DNA from: an uncultured Clostridia bacterium
GTDB lineage: Bacteria > Bacillota > Clostridia > Christensenellales > CAG-917
DNA length: 64,000 bases
Assembly (NCBI GenBank): GCA_934254715.1
Contig: CAKQLT010000001.1
Coordinates: 4,095 to 68,094 of the forward strand
Reading direction: 5' to 3'
Shown: positions 24,831-34,543 of the stretch, piece after piece
How positions within the stretch are numbered: position 1 is the stretch's first letter
Layout: every line of letters begins with the position of its first letter
The notes under the pieces: model-generated
The model's input: only the letters and a program-made list of their open reading frames with translations
What the model was told of the DNA's origin: nothing
Database searches by the model: none
Made by a program: the position numbers and the translations under genes

Positions 24831-26237
24831 ATGTTGCTCGAAAACTTTTCATCGGTCGGACAAGTGATAATATCCGTTGCGGTTATGCTGCTTGCGGGAT
24901 ATATTATGTCGCGCGTCACCAAAAAACTCAAACTTCCCAACGTCACGGGCTATATCGTGGCGGGCATAATCATAGGTCCGTACTGCATAAACGTTATCCC
25001 CACGCAAGTCGTCGAGGGAATGAGTTTCCTTGCCGACATCGCGCTTGCGTTCATTGCGTTCAGTACGGGCGAGTTTTTCACGCTGTCCACTCTCAAAAAG
25101 AACGGCGCGAAAAACATAGTCATCACCGTGTTCGAGGCGTTGCTCGCTTCGCTCGTCGTGTTTTTGGTGATGTATTTCGCGCTCGGATTGAGCCTTGCGT
25201 TTTCAATCGTACTCGGCGCGCTCGCGGCGGCAACCGCGCCCGCTTCCACAATGATGACCATACGCCAGACCAACTCGAAGGGCGATTTCGTGGACACGCT
25301 TTTGCAAGTTGTCGCGCTCGACGACGTGGTGGGACTCGTGGCGTTTTCGGTTGCCATTGCGGTTGCAACCGCTTCTATGGCGGGCGTGGTAACGTTCAAA
25401 AACGTTGCTTTGCCCGTTATATACAATATTCTCGTACTCGTCGTGGGCGGCGCGCTCGGATTTTTGCTCAAACTGCTTTTGGGCAAACATTCAACCGACA
25501 ACCGTCTTATCATCGCAATCGCGGTCATATTCTCGTTCTGCGGACTCTGCGCAATTTTGGACGTATCGCCGCTTCTCGGCTGTATGGCAATGGGCACGGT
25601 GTATCGCAACGTCGCAAAGGACGACAAACTCTTTAAGCAACTCAACTATTTTTCGCCGCCGATACTGCTTTTGTTCTTCGTGCGCTCGGGCGTAAACTTC
25701 AAACTCGACGCGCTCGTAAGTTCGGGCGGCTCGGTTGCAGGCGTATCTTTGTTGCTCATAGGCGTAGTGTATTTCTTCACGAGAATCGCGGGAAAATACG
25801 CAGGCTCGTTCCTCGGCTGTCTGTGCGTCAAAAAGGACGCGAAAGTGCGCAACTGGCTCGGACTTGCGCTCATACCGCAAGCAGGCGTGGCGATAGGTCT
25901 TGCCGCGCTCGCTTCCCGAACCATAGGCGGCGAAACGGGCAGCGCTATGGAAACGATAATCCTTGCCTCGAGCGTTCTTTACGAACTCATAGGACCGGCG
26001 TGCGCAAAACTGTCGCTGTATCTTTCAAAGTCCTATTCCAACGACATCGATGCCGTCGTTCCCGACTCGCAGATAGAGCAACCCGAGCAAAAGGACGACG
26101 TGCAACTGCTCATAGACAAAATAGCAAAAATCAGACAATCTCTGCCCGCACCCGCACAAAGCGAGGAAGAAAACGCTTTCGACGAGGCGGCGGAAGAATA
26201 TTATCTGCTCAATTCAAGACAACGCATAAAAAGATAG
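24831..26237 (+). CDS. cation:proton antiporter (CPA2/Kef-type Na+/H+ exchanger family)
   Basis: About 12 TM helices. The N-terminal LKLPNVTGYIVAGIIIGPY is typical of this family. The long ORF-track N-terminus (from 24126) is antisense read-through of the LysR gene and is trimmed to the ATG at 24831. Confidence 0.8.
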   Translation: MLLENFSSVGQVIISVAVMLLAGYIMSRVTKKLKLPNVTGYIVAGIIIGPYCINVIPTQVVEGMSFLADIALAFIAFSTGEFFTLSTLKKNGAKNIVITVFEALLASLVVFLVMYFALGLSLAFSIVLGALAAATAPASTMMTIRQTNSKGDFVDTLLQVVALDDVVGLVAFSVAIAVATASMAGVVTFKNVALPVIYNILVLVVGGALGFLLKLLLGKHSTDNRLIIAIAVIFSFCGLCAILDVSPLLGCMAMGTVYRNVAKDDKLFKQLNYFSPPILLLFFVRSGVNFKLDALVSSGGSVAGVSLLLIGVVYFFTRIAGKYAGSFLGCLCVKKDAKVRNWLGLALIPQAGVAIGLAALASRTIGGETGSAMETIILASSVLYELIGPACAKLSLYLSKSYSNDIDAVVPDSQIEQPEQKDDVQLLIDKIAKIRQSLPAPAQSEEENAFDEAAEEYYLLNSRQRIKR

Positions 26238-26249
26238 GGGGAAGAAAAT

Positions 26250-26957
26250 ATGAATTATATCGATCCGCTTGCAAAACTTATGGGTGAATGGTCGTGGAAC
26301 GTTACGGTCTATTCCATACTTCTCAGGGTTATCGTGCCCTTTATATTCGCATTCTACGTCGGGTGCGAACGCTCGACCAAAGGTCACACCGCGGGGCTTA
26401 AAACCTTCATTTTGCTCTCGCTTGCCTCTACGTCGTGTATGATTATCGACAGGTCCTTGGGTCTTACGTTCCCGATTTGCTCGGCGGGCGCGGTTATAGG
26501 CTCGGCTATGCTCGGCGGCAATTCCATACTTTTCGGCGCAAAGAACCAAATCAAAGGACTTACGACGTCGGCGTGGCTTTGGACGTGCAGTATCTTCGGC
26601 TTGCTTTTCGGCGCGGGATTGTACACCGTCGCGCTCATTCTCGCCGCCGTGTATATCGTGATTTTGCAGTTCTTCCCGACCCTCGAAAAGTATCTCAAAC
26701 AACGCTCTAATCACTTCGAGTTGCACCTCGAATTGCTCAACAAAAACGACTTGCAATCCTTTATGACAACGTTGAGAGAACTCGGAATGCGCATAGACGA
26801 CGTGGAACTCAACTCGGCGTTTATCAATTCGGGATTGAGCGTGTACGCACTCAAACTCACCATTGAAAGCAAGGAACTCAAAAAGTACAAAACGCACGAC
26901 GAAATCATCGAGGCGTTGAGAAGCATCGAGTATATACACTACGTCGAAGAGAAATGA
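26250..26957 (+). CDS. MgtC/SapB-family membrane protein
   Basis: RVIVPFIFAFYVGCERSTKGHTAGLKTF (the MgtC G-x-ER-x-x-x-x-x-AG-x-RT-like motif) followed by a C-terminal soluble ACT-like domain. Confidence 0.8.
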   Translation: MNYIDPLAKLMGEWSWNVTVYSILLRVIVPFIFAFYVGCERSTKGHTAGLKTFILLSLASTSCMIIDRSLGLTFPICSAGAVIGSAMLGGNSILFGAKNQIKGLTTSAWLWTCSIFGLLFGAGLYTVALILAAVYIVILQFFPTLEKYLKQRSNHFELHLELLNKNDLQSFMTTLRELGMRIDDVELNSAFINSGLSVYALKLTIESKELKKYKTHDEIIEALRSIEYIHYVEEK

Positions 26958-26971
26958 AAACTTTAATTATC

Positions 26972-27033
26972 AATTAATAATTAATAATTAATAATTAATA
27001 ATTAATAATTGCGGGTGGGCTTTGCCCACACCC
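26972..27033 (-). repeat. AATTAAT heptamer microsatellite (5.5 copies) abutting a GGGTGTGGG...CCCACCC hairpin
   Basis: aattaat x5 plus aatt (26972-27010), then gcgggtgggctttgcccacaccc. The same hairpin plus AT-repeat module occurs inverted at 46650-46700, and a related AT repeat lies at 47026-47078. Confidence 0.6.
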
Positions 27034-27080
27034 AAAAACAACAAAAAAAACAAAAAATCAAAATAAAAAAAGCGTGATTC

Positions 27081-27689
27081 TTATCGCGCTTTTCTCAATT
27101 TTCCGTCAAGTCCTTTTATCAAGAAACATCTTCCCACTACGCAATCGAGGCTTATCTGTCCGAATTCTCGGCAGTCGGTCGAGTGATTGCGATTGTCGCC
27201 CATACAAAAGACGTAGCCGTCCTCAACGTACACGTCCAAATCGTCGTACCTTGCGAGTTCGTCTTTGTTGACGTAACTTTCGTCGAGTTGCTTGCCGTTG
27301 AGATATACGACGTTTTCGGATATAACGACGTGGTCGCCGCCCACCGCGATAACCCTTTTTACGAGCGTTCTGCCCTTAAAAATTCCGCTGTCTGGGGCAA
27401 AAACGATAATGTCGCCGCGGTTTATCTTTGCAAGTTTGTTGAGATATAGCGTTTCGCCGTTGTTGCGGTCGGAATCGCTCTTAGCGCCGCCACCGCCGTC
27501 GAGAGTGGGGTACATCGATATTCCGTCAACCGTGAACGTCGCAACGACGTAGTATTTGACCAAAAGTGCGCTTACAACCGCCAAAACGACAACCAAAAGC
27601 ACGATTGCAACCGAGATTGCAACGCGTTTGGAACGGCGTTTGGGTTCTTCCGTAATCGGTTCTTGTTCAAAAAGCGGAATATCTTGCAT
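27081..27689 (-). CDS. lepB: signal peptidase I
   Basis: N-terminal TM anchor. The S26 motifs GISMYPTL (catalytic Ser) and GDNRNHSTDCREFG are present. Confidence 0.9.
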   Translation of the reverse strand: MQDIPLFEQEPITEEPKRRSKRVAISVAIVLLVVVLAVVSALLVKYYVVATFTVDGISMYPTLDGGGGAKSDSDRNNGETLYLNKLAKINRGDIIVFAPDSGIFKGRTLVKRVIAVGGDHVVISENVVYLNGKQLDESYVNKDELARYDDLDVYVEDGYVFCMGDNRNHSTDCREFGQISLDCVVGRCFLIKGLDGKLRKAR

Positions 27690-27722
27690 ACAAAAGTATA
27701 TTGCTTGCGGCTCGGATTATTT

Positions 27723-29390
27723 TCAAATCCACAAAAAGTTGTTGAAAACGATTCCGCCCGCGTTTTCGACCTCTATGGTTTTCACCACCGAGAACGAAGA
27801 AAGGGTGCGACCTTCCTCGCTTTTGAAGTCGGCGGATTCAAAGAGCAGTTTTTGCCAGAACTCGCCGCCTTTGAGTTTGGTGCGCGCGGTGTATTTTTTG
27901 AGGTCGGGGTAGGTGTATACGCAAACGTTCAGACTGCCCGACGTTTTCGAGTAAGCGTCGACGTGCAGTATGGCGGTGCGGCTTGTCGAGGTCATTTCCT
28001 GTATGCTTCTGCAAAGCGCGAGGTTGCCTTTTTTTGCGGATATGCCTTTTATCGCAAACGGTCCGTCCGCAACGAACAGCGTGTCGTCGTCAAGCAGCGC
28101 GTCGTCCGTTCTTGCCACAAATTCGCCGAGGCCCATACTTCCGTCGTAGAGAACTTTCGATATTCTCGGCGAGGTTTCAACCGCGCTCACGTCGTGTTTT
28201 GCGGGGATAATGCTCGAAACTTTTGTGGAAACCACGTTCGAGTCGGGATATACGAGCGTTGCGTACGCAACGATGAGTTCTTCGGTGTCGTAGACGGGAA
28301 CGTCGCAAACGTATTCGTGCTCGCCCACCTTTTGGCGCACGTCGAAAGACTGCCAATATCTTTGGCGAGAGGACGGCTCACCGTAACTTACGTACAGCGT
28401 GCGCTTGTCCGCCTTTATGCCCGAATTGAGTTTGACGTACAATTTTCCGTCCGTCGTTTCAAAGCGCATAGACGGCAAAAACGCTTCCGTCGAGTTTGCA
28501 AGATGTGCGCGAAGCCACAGCACGAGCGCAGAGTATACGCTTTTGGTTATCTGCATATCGCACGAATCCGAGATTATGAGTTGTTTCACTTCGGACTTTA
28601 CGAGGTCGAGCATATCGCCGATTCTGTCAACGTCGCAGTACACCGAATCGCGAGTTGCGATTGCAAGGGTGGGGCAAGTGACGAACATTGCGTACGTTTC
28701 CGCGCCGATACCCGTCGAATACGCCAGTTGCTCGTCGCCCGACGGAATGTCGCTGCCCAAAAATCTTGCGTTGTGTTCCGCCCAGCGGTAGCCGCCGCCG
28801 TTGATTGCCGTCATAGAGCATACGCGCTTGTCCGTGCCGGCCACGAGCCAGCAAAGTTGCGCGCCTATGCCGAATCCCAAAACGCCGATGCGCTCGCTCG
28901 AAACTATGCTTTGCTCTTGCAAAAGACTTATCGCGCGGCGCGCTATCTTCGCCCATACGAACCAAGGCGTATTGCGCGCGGTGGTTTCTATGCTGTCGAG
29001 ATGATTTTCGCAATCGGGGAAGCGAGCAAAACTCAAATCGGACGGATAAGCCGTTTTCGTATCCTCGAATATGCCGCAGTAGTCGAGCGTGCAAGCGACG
29101 AATCCTTCCTCGACGAGCATACGCATTGCGTCGGACGAGTGAGGATTCTTGAAAGACGGCAACACCAAAACCGCAGGACGTGCGTCTTGCCAGCGTGCGT
29201 CGTAATAGATATTGCAACATACGCGAACGCGACCCTCTTTCGAGGTTTCCGCCGTGAAAATCTGCTTCGAGCAGACGAAATTATCCGTTGTTTGACACGA
29301 GATTATTGAGGCTTCCAAAGGCGCAACGCGCGGATCGAACCCTTCCCACACCTCGGTCGGCGTCATAAATTTGAGTTCCATACATTGCAT
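27723..29390 (-). CDS. alpha/beta-hydrolase-fold protein (dienelactone-hydrolase/acetyl-esterase-like) with C-terminal beta-rich domain; nucleophile position is Gly
   Basis: PAVLVLPSF...RIGVLGFGIGAQ has the layout of a nucleophile elbow, but it reads G-F-G-I-G. The start is uncertain (several ATGs between 29366 and 29390, no clear ribosome-binding site). Confidence 0.65.
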   Translation of the reverse strand: MQCMELKFMTPTEVWEGFDPRVAPLEASIISCQTTDNFVCSKQIFTAETSKEGRVRVCCNIYYDARWQDARPAVLVLPSFKNPHSSDAMRMLVEEGFVACTLDYCGIFEDTKTAYPSDLSFARFPDCENHLDSIETTARNTPWFVWAKIARRAISLLQEQSIVSSERIGVLGFGIGAQLCWLVAGTDKRVCSMTAINGGGYRWAEHNARFLGSDIPSGDEQLAYSTGIGAETYAMFVTCPTLAIATRDSVYCDVDRIGDMLDLVKSEVKQLIISDSCDMQITKSVYSALVLWLRAHLANSTEAFLPSMRFETTDGKLYVKLNSGIKADKRTLYVSYGEPSSRQRYWQSFDVRQKVGEHEYVCDVPVYDTEELIVAYATLVYPDSNVVSTKVSSIIPAKHDVSAVETSPRISKVLYDGSMGLGEFVARTDDALLDDDTLFVADGPFAIKGISAKKGNLALCRSIQEMTSTSRTAILHVDAYSKTSGSLNVCVYTYPDLKKYTARTKLKGGEFWQKLLFESADFKSEEGRTLSSFSVVKTIEVENAGGIVFNNFLWI

Positions 29391-29709
29391 TATATCGCAA
29401 AAGCAAAATAATGTAAAGGAATAAAACTTTTATATCGCAGGTATACGCGCATTGCGCGCGATTCGAGTTTTCCGCCTCGTCGTTTTGCGAATCCCGTTGC
29501 ATATTGCGTTGCGAATCGCCGCTTTGGTCATCGCTTAAGCCGTTTTGATTTTGCGATTCTTTTAAGCGATTGTCCGCTTCGCCGTTTTGATTGTTGCTTA
29601 AGTTTAATTCGTTTATGTATCCGAGTGCGCCCGCCTTTTTGTTTATACGGCAAGCGTATTCGGCGCACATCTTTTTCACGGTTTCGTCGTCTGGCAAAAG
29701 ATAATCCAT
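29281..29709 (-). CDS. small low-complexity hypothetical protein (3' end doubtful)
   Basis: Good GAGGTG ribosome-binding site 5 nt before the ATG at 29709. The first ~85 aa look protein-like (MDYLLPDDETVKKMCAEYACRINKK..., then a Q/N/D/S-rich part). The tail runs through the promoter and first ~110 nt of the hydrolase gene. Confidence 0.3.
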   Translation of the reverse strand: MDYLLPDDETVKKMCAEYACRINKKAGALGYINELNLSNNQNGEADNRLKESQNQNGLSDDQSGDSQRNMQRDSQNDEAENSNRAQCAYTCDIKVLFLYIILLLRYNAMYGTQIYDADRGVGRVRSARCAFGSLNNLVSNNG

Positions 29710-29764
29710 AAAAACACCTCTACGCCACTATATGCCGATTGCGAAAATCGAGGTGCAAAGCGGC

Positions 29765-30916
29765 TTATCCCGCTTCTTTTACGGTTATAGACACTTTCGA
29801 CTCGAAAGAGAGGGTGGCAAGGCAGTCTTCTTCGAGACTTCGCCCGACTGATTGATACGCCTTCGATTGCAACGACAAAAAATCGATGTTTTTGCTTACG
29901 GACAATTCGTACAGTTCAAAAAGCCTTTTTTCTATGTCCTTTGCAAGGTCGGCGGCGTACCGTTTTACTATGGCGTTGTCGGTGTTGACAACTTCGTCCG
30001 TCGGGATTTTTTGCACGTCGGCAAGGTCTGCCGAAAGTTTGATTTCGGCAATCACTTTGCGCCCGTACGCCTTGATTTTGACGGATTTTTTGAGGATTTT
30101 GAACTCTATCGTGCCGCCGTCGTTTGCGGTGTAGTTCAGCGTTCCCGTCACGTCGTGGCTGTGATACAGCGCAAGAATTTCGGCGTATTCGTTTTCGATT
30201 ATGCAATAGTTTTCGTTATCGAACGCCATTGCTCGCGATATGTCGAGTTCGTATACGTCGTCCTCGCTTCCCGCTTCGGTGAGGGGCGGCGTAGCCTTTT
30301 GAGCGATTATATAGGGTATGACGTTTGCCTTGCTTCTCGACAGCGAACGCGCCAAAAAGTCCTTTGCGGTCGTGCGAATCATACCGTCCGAGCCTTCCTC
30401 GTTGACGAGGGCTTGTTGTAAAAAGAAGGGCGAACTTATGGTCGTTCCTATCCTCAGCGACAGCATTTCGGACGGCGATTTATCCCCCGTTACGATGATG
30501 GTTTGCTCGGGCAGAGCGTACATTCCCGTCAACGGATATATGAGTTGCATATGGTCGAGTTTGAACGCCGAAGTTGACATAAACACCACGTTACAGTGCG
30601 AAAGCGATACGTTTAACCCTGTTTTGCGTGCAATCACGTCCATTGCGCCCGCAATCGTGTTACCCTTTGCGGACGTGCAGACGTAACTCGTTTCCGTCGT
30701 GTCGCCGCTCGACGAGCCGACAAGCACCGCTTGCGTGCTGACCTCGAAAAGAGAAGTGGATTCGTCGTAGTCTATGCCGAGTCCGAGCACCACCGCCGAT
30801 TTCGACAGCGACGGCGTTTCCACCATTCTTCCGAATATAATCAGAAACACGGCGATGAGGAAAAACACAAACCATTTCGTGCGCAGAAGATACGAAGGTA
30901 CGTTTAGTTTTTTCAT
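29765..30916 (-). CDS. Ger(x)C-family spore germination protein
   Basis: Third gene of a gerA-type operon, with VVLGLGIDYDE near the N-terminus and overall GerAC-like length. It has an N-terminal TM anchor but no obvious lipobox Cys. Confidence 0.75.
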   Translation of the reverse strand: MKKLNVPSYLLRTKWFVFFLIAVFLIIFGRMVETPSLSKSAVVLGLGIDYDESTSLFEVSTQAVLVGSSSGDTTETSYVCTSAKGNTIAGAMDVIARKTGLNVSLSHCNVVFMSTSAFKLDHMQLIYPLTGMYALPEQTIIVTGDKSPSEMLSLRIGTTISSPFFLQQALVNEEGSDGMIRTTAKDFLARSLSRSKANVIPYIIAQKATPPLTEAGSEDDVYELDISRAMAFDNENYCIIENEYAEILALYHSHDVTGTLNYTANDGGTIEFKILKKSVKIKAYGRKVIAEIKLSADLADVQKIPTDEVVNTDNAIVKRYAADLAKDIEKRLFELYELSVSKNIDFLSLQSKAYQSVGRSLEEDCLATLSFESKVSITVKEAG

Positions 30917-32124
30917 TGCGCTTCCCCCTCGGGCGAGTTTTGCTTGAACGAATAAAGCACGCCGTCGTTTTCGCTGTCGGGCGCGTTGCTTTGTTTGCCT
31001 ATCGTCGCGTACTCGGCGTCAAGGCAAGCATACAAGCCCGAATATTTTTTCTTTTCGGCTTTCGCCACCGCAAAAAGCGAAATCGGCAAGGCGAACGCAA
31101 TCGCCGTCAGAACGTAGCCCGTTATGCCGAGCGCGAAGTCGGTCACTTGTTGCAAGGACGACGAGAACAGCGCAGAGCAGATAACCGCCGTCGGACACAA
31201 TATCTTTGACGGCAGAGCCGTGCCGAGAGCGCGCTCGCACGCTTGATTCGCGCCGTCGTAGAGGAAAGAGAGAGAATAGAGCGACATCATTATGATTCCG
31301 AAAAGGTTCGTCCATTCCATTCTTCCTATTTCCAAAGAAAGTTGGTTGAAACTCGCGATGTGTATAAAGAGGTCGGACACCGTTTTCAGCGCGTTGCCGT
31401 AGAGCGCGACGCCGATAAGCACGATTAGATTCGCAATCGCCCAAGTGGAAGCGATGCCGAGAGTGAGATAGGGCACTTTTTTGTTGCGAAGCCTCACGAA
31501 TATAAAGGGGAACACGTCGCCGAGCCACAGACCGTATCGCGGCATAGTCGCAAACAGCACGGACGGCTCTGTCGTAAATATGGGCAGATTGCGCCCGAAG
31601 TCCATATCCGAATCCAAAAACGCGAGATTGAGTATGACCACGGCAAGAAACAGCGGCGCAAACAATTCGCAACTTCTCGCAATCGAGCGAGTGCCTTTCA
31701 AGCCGAGATACACTATGGGCAAAAGGAACAATCCGTATATGAGAAAAGGTTGCGTTCCCGTGAAAAGTTCGTGGGTGAGATAGGACGTGCAGTAGCAAAA
31801 ATAAAACACCGTCTTTGCCGAAAGCCAAACGCAAGCGATAAGACACGCCGCCTTATAAAATACGCAGTTCGTCGCGCGCAAAAGCGCGTCGCCGCCCATC
31901 CTCGCAAAGGCGAAAATGAAGATTACGCATATGCCCTCGATGGCGGTGAATCCCATAAACACCCAAAACGCCGCCGAGCCGAACGCGTCCGAAAAAATCC
32001 CCGGGGCGGACGAGAGTTTGAACGCAAAACCGAGCGCGACCATAATTGCCGCCGCTTGTGAATTGTAGATAGTGCCGTTTGGCAGATTTTTACGCAATCC
32101 GTGTTTTATTGTGCTGTTTGTCAT
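30913..32124 (-). CDS. spore germination protein, GerAB/GerKB-type permease
   Basis: About 10 TM helices and 403 aa. It sits between GerA-type and GerC-type genes and has a 4-nt overlap with the downstream gene. Confidence 0.8.
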   Translation of the reverse strand: MTNSTIKHGLRKNLPNGTIYNSQAAAIMVALGFAFKLSSAPGIFSDAFGSAAFWVFMGFTAIEGICVIFIFAFARMGGDALLRATNCVFYKAACLIACVWLSAKTVFYFCYCTSYLTHELFTGTQPFLIYGLFLLPIVYLGLKGTRSIARSCELFAPLFLAVVILNLAFLDSDMDFGRNLPIFTTEPSVLFATMPRYGLWLGDVFPFIFVRLRNKKVPYLTLGIASTWAIANLIVLIGVALYGNALKTVSDLFIHIASFNQLSLEIGRMEWTNLFGIIMMSLYSLSFLYDGANQACERALGTALPSKILCPTAVICSALFSSSLQQVTDFALGITGYVLTAIAFALPISLFAVAKAEKKKYSGLYACLDAEYATIGKQSNAPDSENDGVLYSFKQNSPEGEAQ

Positions 32125-32142
32125 AGATAAACCTATTGTTCG

Positions 32143-33582
32143 TCAATCTTTGCGTATACGGCGGCGGTTTTGCGTGGGTATGGAATAGGGGCGCAGTTCC
32201 ATTGCCGCCGAGTCCGCTTTCAACACGCCGTCTTGAAGGTCGGGCGAGATTCTCGGCGCGTACGGCGCAAGATAGGGCGTGCCGAAATTTTCGAGGGAAG
32301 CGAGATATGCGATGATAACTATCGTGAGAATTATCATTCCCACGAATCCGAGAACCGCGCTTATGCACAGATACAAAAAGCGAAGTATGGACATCGTTCC
32401 CACTTGGTCGGGCACGCAGAATATGCCTATTGCCGACAGCGCGACCACAAGCACGGACGGCGACGAGATAAGACCCGATTTCACCGCCGTATCGCCGAGC
32501 ACGATTGCGCCCACGACGGAAAGGGATATACCGAAGTAGCGCGGCATACGTATCGACGCTTGATTAAGCACCTCGAAAAGCGTCATAACCAAAAGCATTT
32601 CTATCGCCGGCGGAAAGGGTATGTTGGTCGTTGCCGACATAAGCGTCATCAAAAACTTTATGGGCAACAACTGAAAGTGATAAGTTTGAAGCGCGATGTA
32701 CGCCCCCGGTAAAAGCACGGTCAGCATTGCGCCGAAAAGTCGGAACATTCGTATCATCGAAGCGCGCCAGTCGCCCGAATAGTAGTCGTAGCCGTCTTGT
32801 ACGTCCTCGAAAACGAGATAGGGCAGAGTTATGGCGATAGGCGAGCCGTCGACTATGATTACGATTCGCCCCTCGAGCAGTTTCGCCGTCGCCACGTCGG
32901 GTTTTTCCGTCGTGCCCGCTTGAATGAAAAACGAGTTCTTTTTGGATTGAATAAACGACAGCACGTACGCGCTGTCCACGACGCCGTCCACGTCGATTTG
33001 TTCTATTTTGCGGGTCAGCCTTTCGACGATTTTGTCGTCCGCAACGCCTCTTATATACGCCAAAGCGACCGTCGTTGCCGAGTATCTGCCCACTTGAAAG
33101 GTTTTCATAACGAGGTCGGGGGATTTTATGCGCTTTCTCACGAGCGACATATTAGTCTTGATTTCCTCGATAAATCCCTCGCGCGGACCTTTCATAACCG
33201 ACGACGTGGGCGGCTCGCCTATCGCTCTCGAAGCGGGCTTGCGAAGGGAAAAGATATACGCTTCTTTCTCGCCCTCGATATAGAACGCAATGTCGCAAGC
33301 GGCAATGTTCCCCGGGGAATCCTTTGCCGACACGACCTCGATTTCGTCGGCGTACGCAACCGTGTTCTGCAAAGATTTCAAATAGGGTTTTTCGAGTTCC
33401 TCGCAGTTTTTTAGAGGGCGCACGACGTCTTGCTCGAACAAAATTTTGTCGATATTGCCGTCGATATACGCAAAAAGGCAACGCTTGTCGCCTATATCGA
33501 GGCGGCGGCATTTGAAGTCGTCGCTGTTTGAAAACGTCTTTTTCAAATCTTGTTGAAGTCTGTCTATGTCCACGTCGCACAT
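32143..33582 (-). CDS. spore germination protein, GerAA/GerKA-type
   Basis: GerA-family layout: a soluble N-terminal region (FAYIDGNIDKILFEQDVVRPL, PPTSSVMKGPREGF) and C-terminal TM helices. The start may be ATG 33582 or TTG 33591. Confidence 0.85.
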   Translation of the reverse strand: MCDVDIDRLQQDLKKTFSNSDDFKCRRLDIGDKRCLFAYIDGNIDKILFEQDVVRPLKNCEELEKPYLKSLQNTVAYADEIEVVSAKDSPGNIAACDIAFYIEGEKEAYIFSLRKPASRAIGEPPTSSVMKGPREGFIEEIKTNMSLVRKRIKSPDLVMKTFQVGRYSATTVALAYIRGVADDKIVERLTRKIEQIDVDGVVDSAYVLSFIQSKKNSFFIQAGTTEKPDVATAKLLEGRIVIIVDGSPIAITLPYLVFEDVQDGYDYYSGDWRASMIRMFRLFGAMLTVLLPGAYIALQTYHFQLLPIKFLMTLMSATTNIPFPPAIEMLLVMTLFEVLNQASIRMPRYFGISLSVVGAIVLGDTAVKSGLISSPSVLVVALSAIGIFCVPDQVGTMSILRFLYLCISAVLGFVGMIILTIVIIAYLASLENFGTPYLAPYAPRISPDLQDGVLKADSAAMELRPYSIPTQNRRRIRKD

Positions 33583-33675
33583 TATTGTCAAAACGACGAG
33601 TTTATAAACGGTTTATAACTACAAAAAAAACCGCCCTCGTAAAGAGAGCGGCAAGTGTGCGATTAAGTATTTCGT

Positions 33676-34341
33676 TTATTCTGCGGTGTTTTCGGAATTT
33701 TCGGCGTTATTCGTATTATCAGCGTTTTCGGTGTTTTTGGTTTCGTTTTCCTTTTTGTCTTTGGGTTTGCGGAAAACGACGAATTTTTGCCACATAAATT
33801 CAAGCGCGAAGTTGATTATCATAACCGTGCCTTCCGCGATTATGCCCGCGCCGTCCGCGCCGATTGCGTCCACGAGCAATGATTTTATCGTGTGGACGTA
33901 CCAAGTTTGGAAGGGATAGAAGGGAACGTAGAACAAAAACGCCAAAATCATCGCTTTTGGAACGTTGCCCGCGTCTTTGAAGGTAAACTTACGGTTGAAA
34001 GTGAAGTTCCAAAGGATAGAGGCGCAAAGCGCAACGGTCGTTGCGATAAACGTGACCAAATCCATATCTTCGACAATGAAGTGAATGGTTTTGCCGTTCG
34101 AGGGTATGACCGCTTGCAAAATCGAGAACAGCACGATTTGAATTATGCCCGCGCTCGCCGCGCAAAGGGCGTATTTTATGAACTGCATAACGCCTTTTCT
34201 CTTTTCTTTTTTGGCGTTTTTCTCGGCTTGTTTGAGGCTCGTTTCGTACAGTATGCCTTTGGGGGATTCCGCAGAAGATTCTTCCGTTTGGGGAACGGAT
34301 TTCGGTTCGGCGTTTTCGTTTAAGTTTTTATCTTGTTCCAT
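33676..34341 (-). CDS. GtrA-family membrane protein with low-complexity N- and C-terminal extensions
   Basis: Four TM helices with the NFTFNRKFTF motif typical of GtrA-like proteins. AGAGGAA ribosome-binding site. Confidence 0.8.
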   Translation of the reverse strand: MEQDKNLNENAEPKSVPQTEESSAESPKGILYETSLKQAEKNAKKEKRKGVMQFIKYALCAASAGIIQIVLFSILQAVIPSNGKTIHFIVEDMDLVTFIATTVALCASILWNFTFNRKFTFKDAGNVPKAMILAFLFYVPFYPFQTWYVHTIKSLLVDAIGADGAGIIAEGTVMIINFALEFMWQKFVVFRKPKDKKENETKNTENADNTNNAENSENTAE

Positions 34342-34543
34342 AATATTTTCCTCTAAACACAGTTTAACATAACGACGTGAAATGTCAATACCGCTTAAAG
34401 AATCTTTGCGCTTAAAAGGCGTTTTTGAGAAATATTTTTGATGATAAAGAAAAATAAAGATTGTGAAAATTAAAATTTTATAAAAATAAGTGTTTAGATG
34501 TGTGAAAAAATAGAGAAATAAAAAATAATGAAATTGTAAAATT

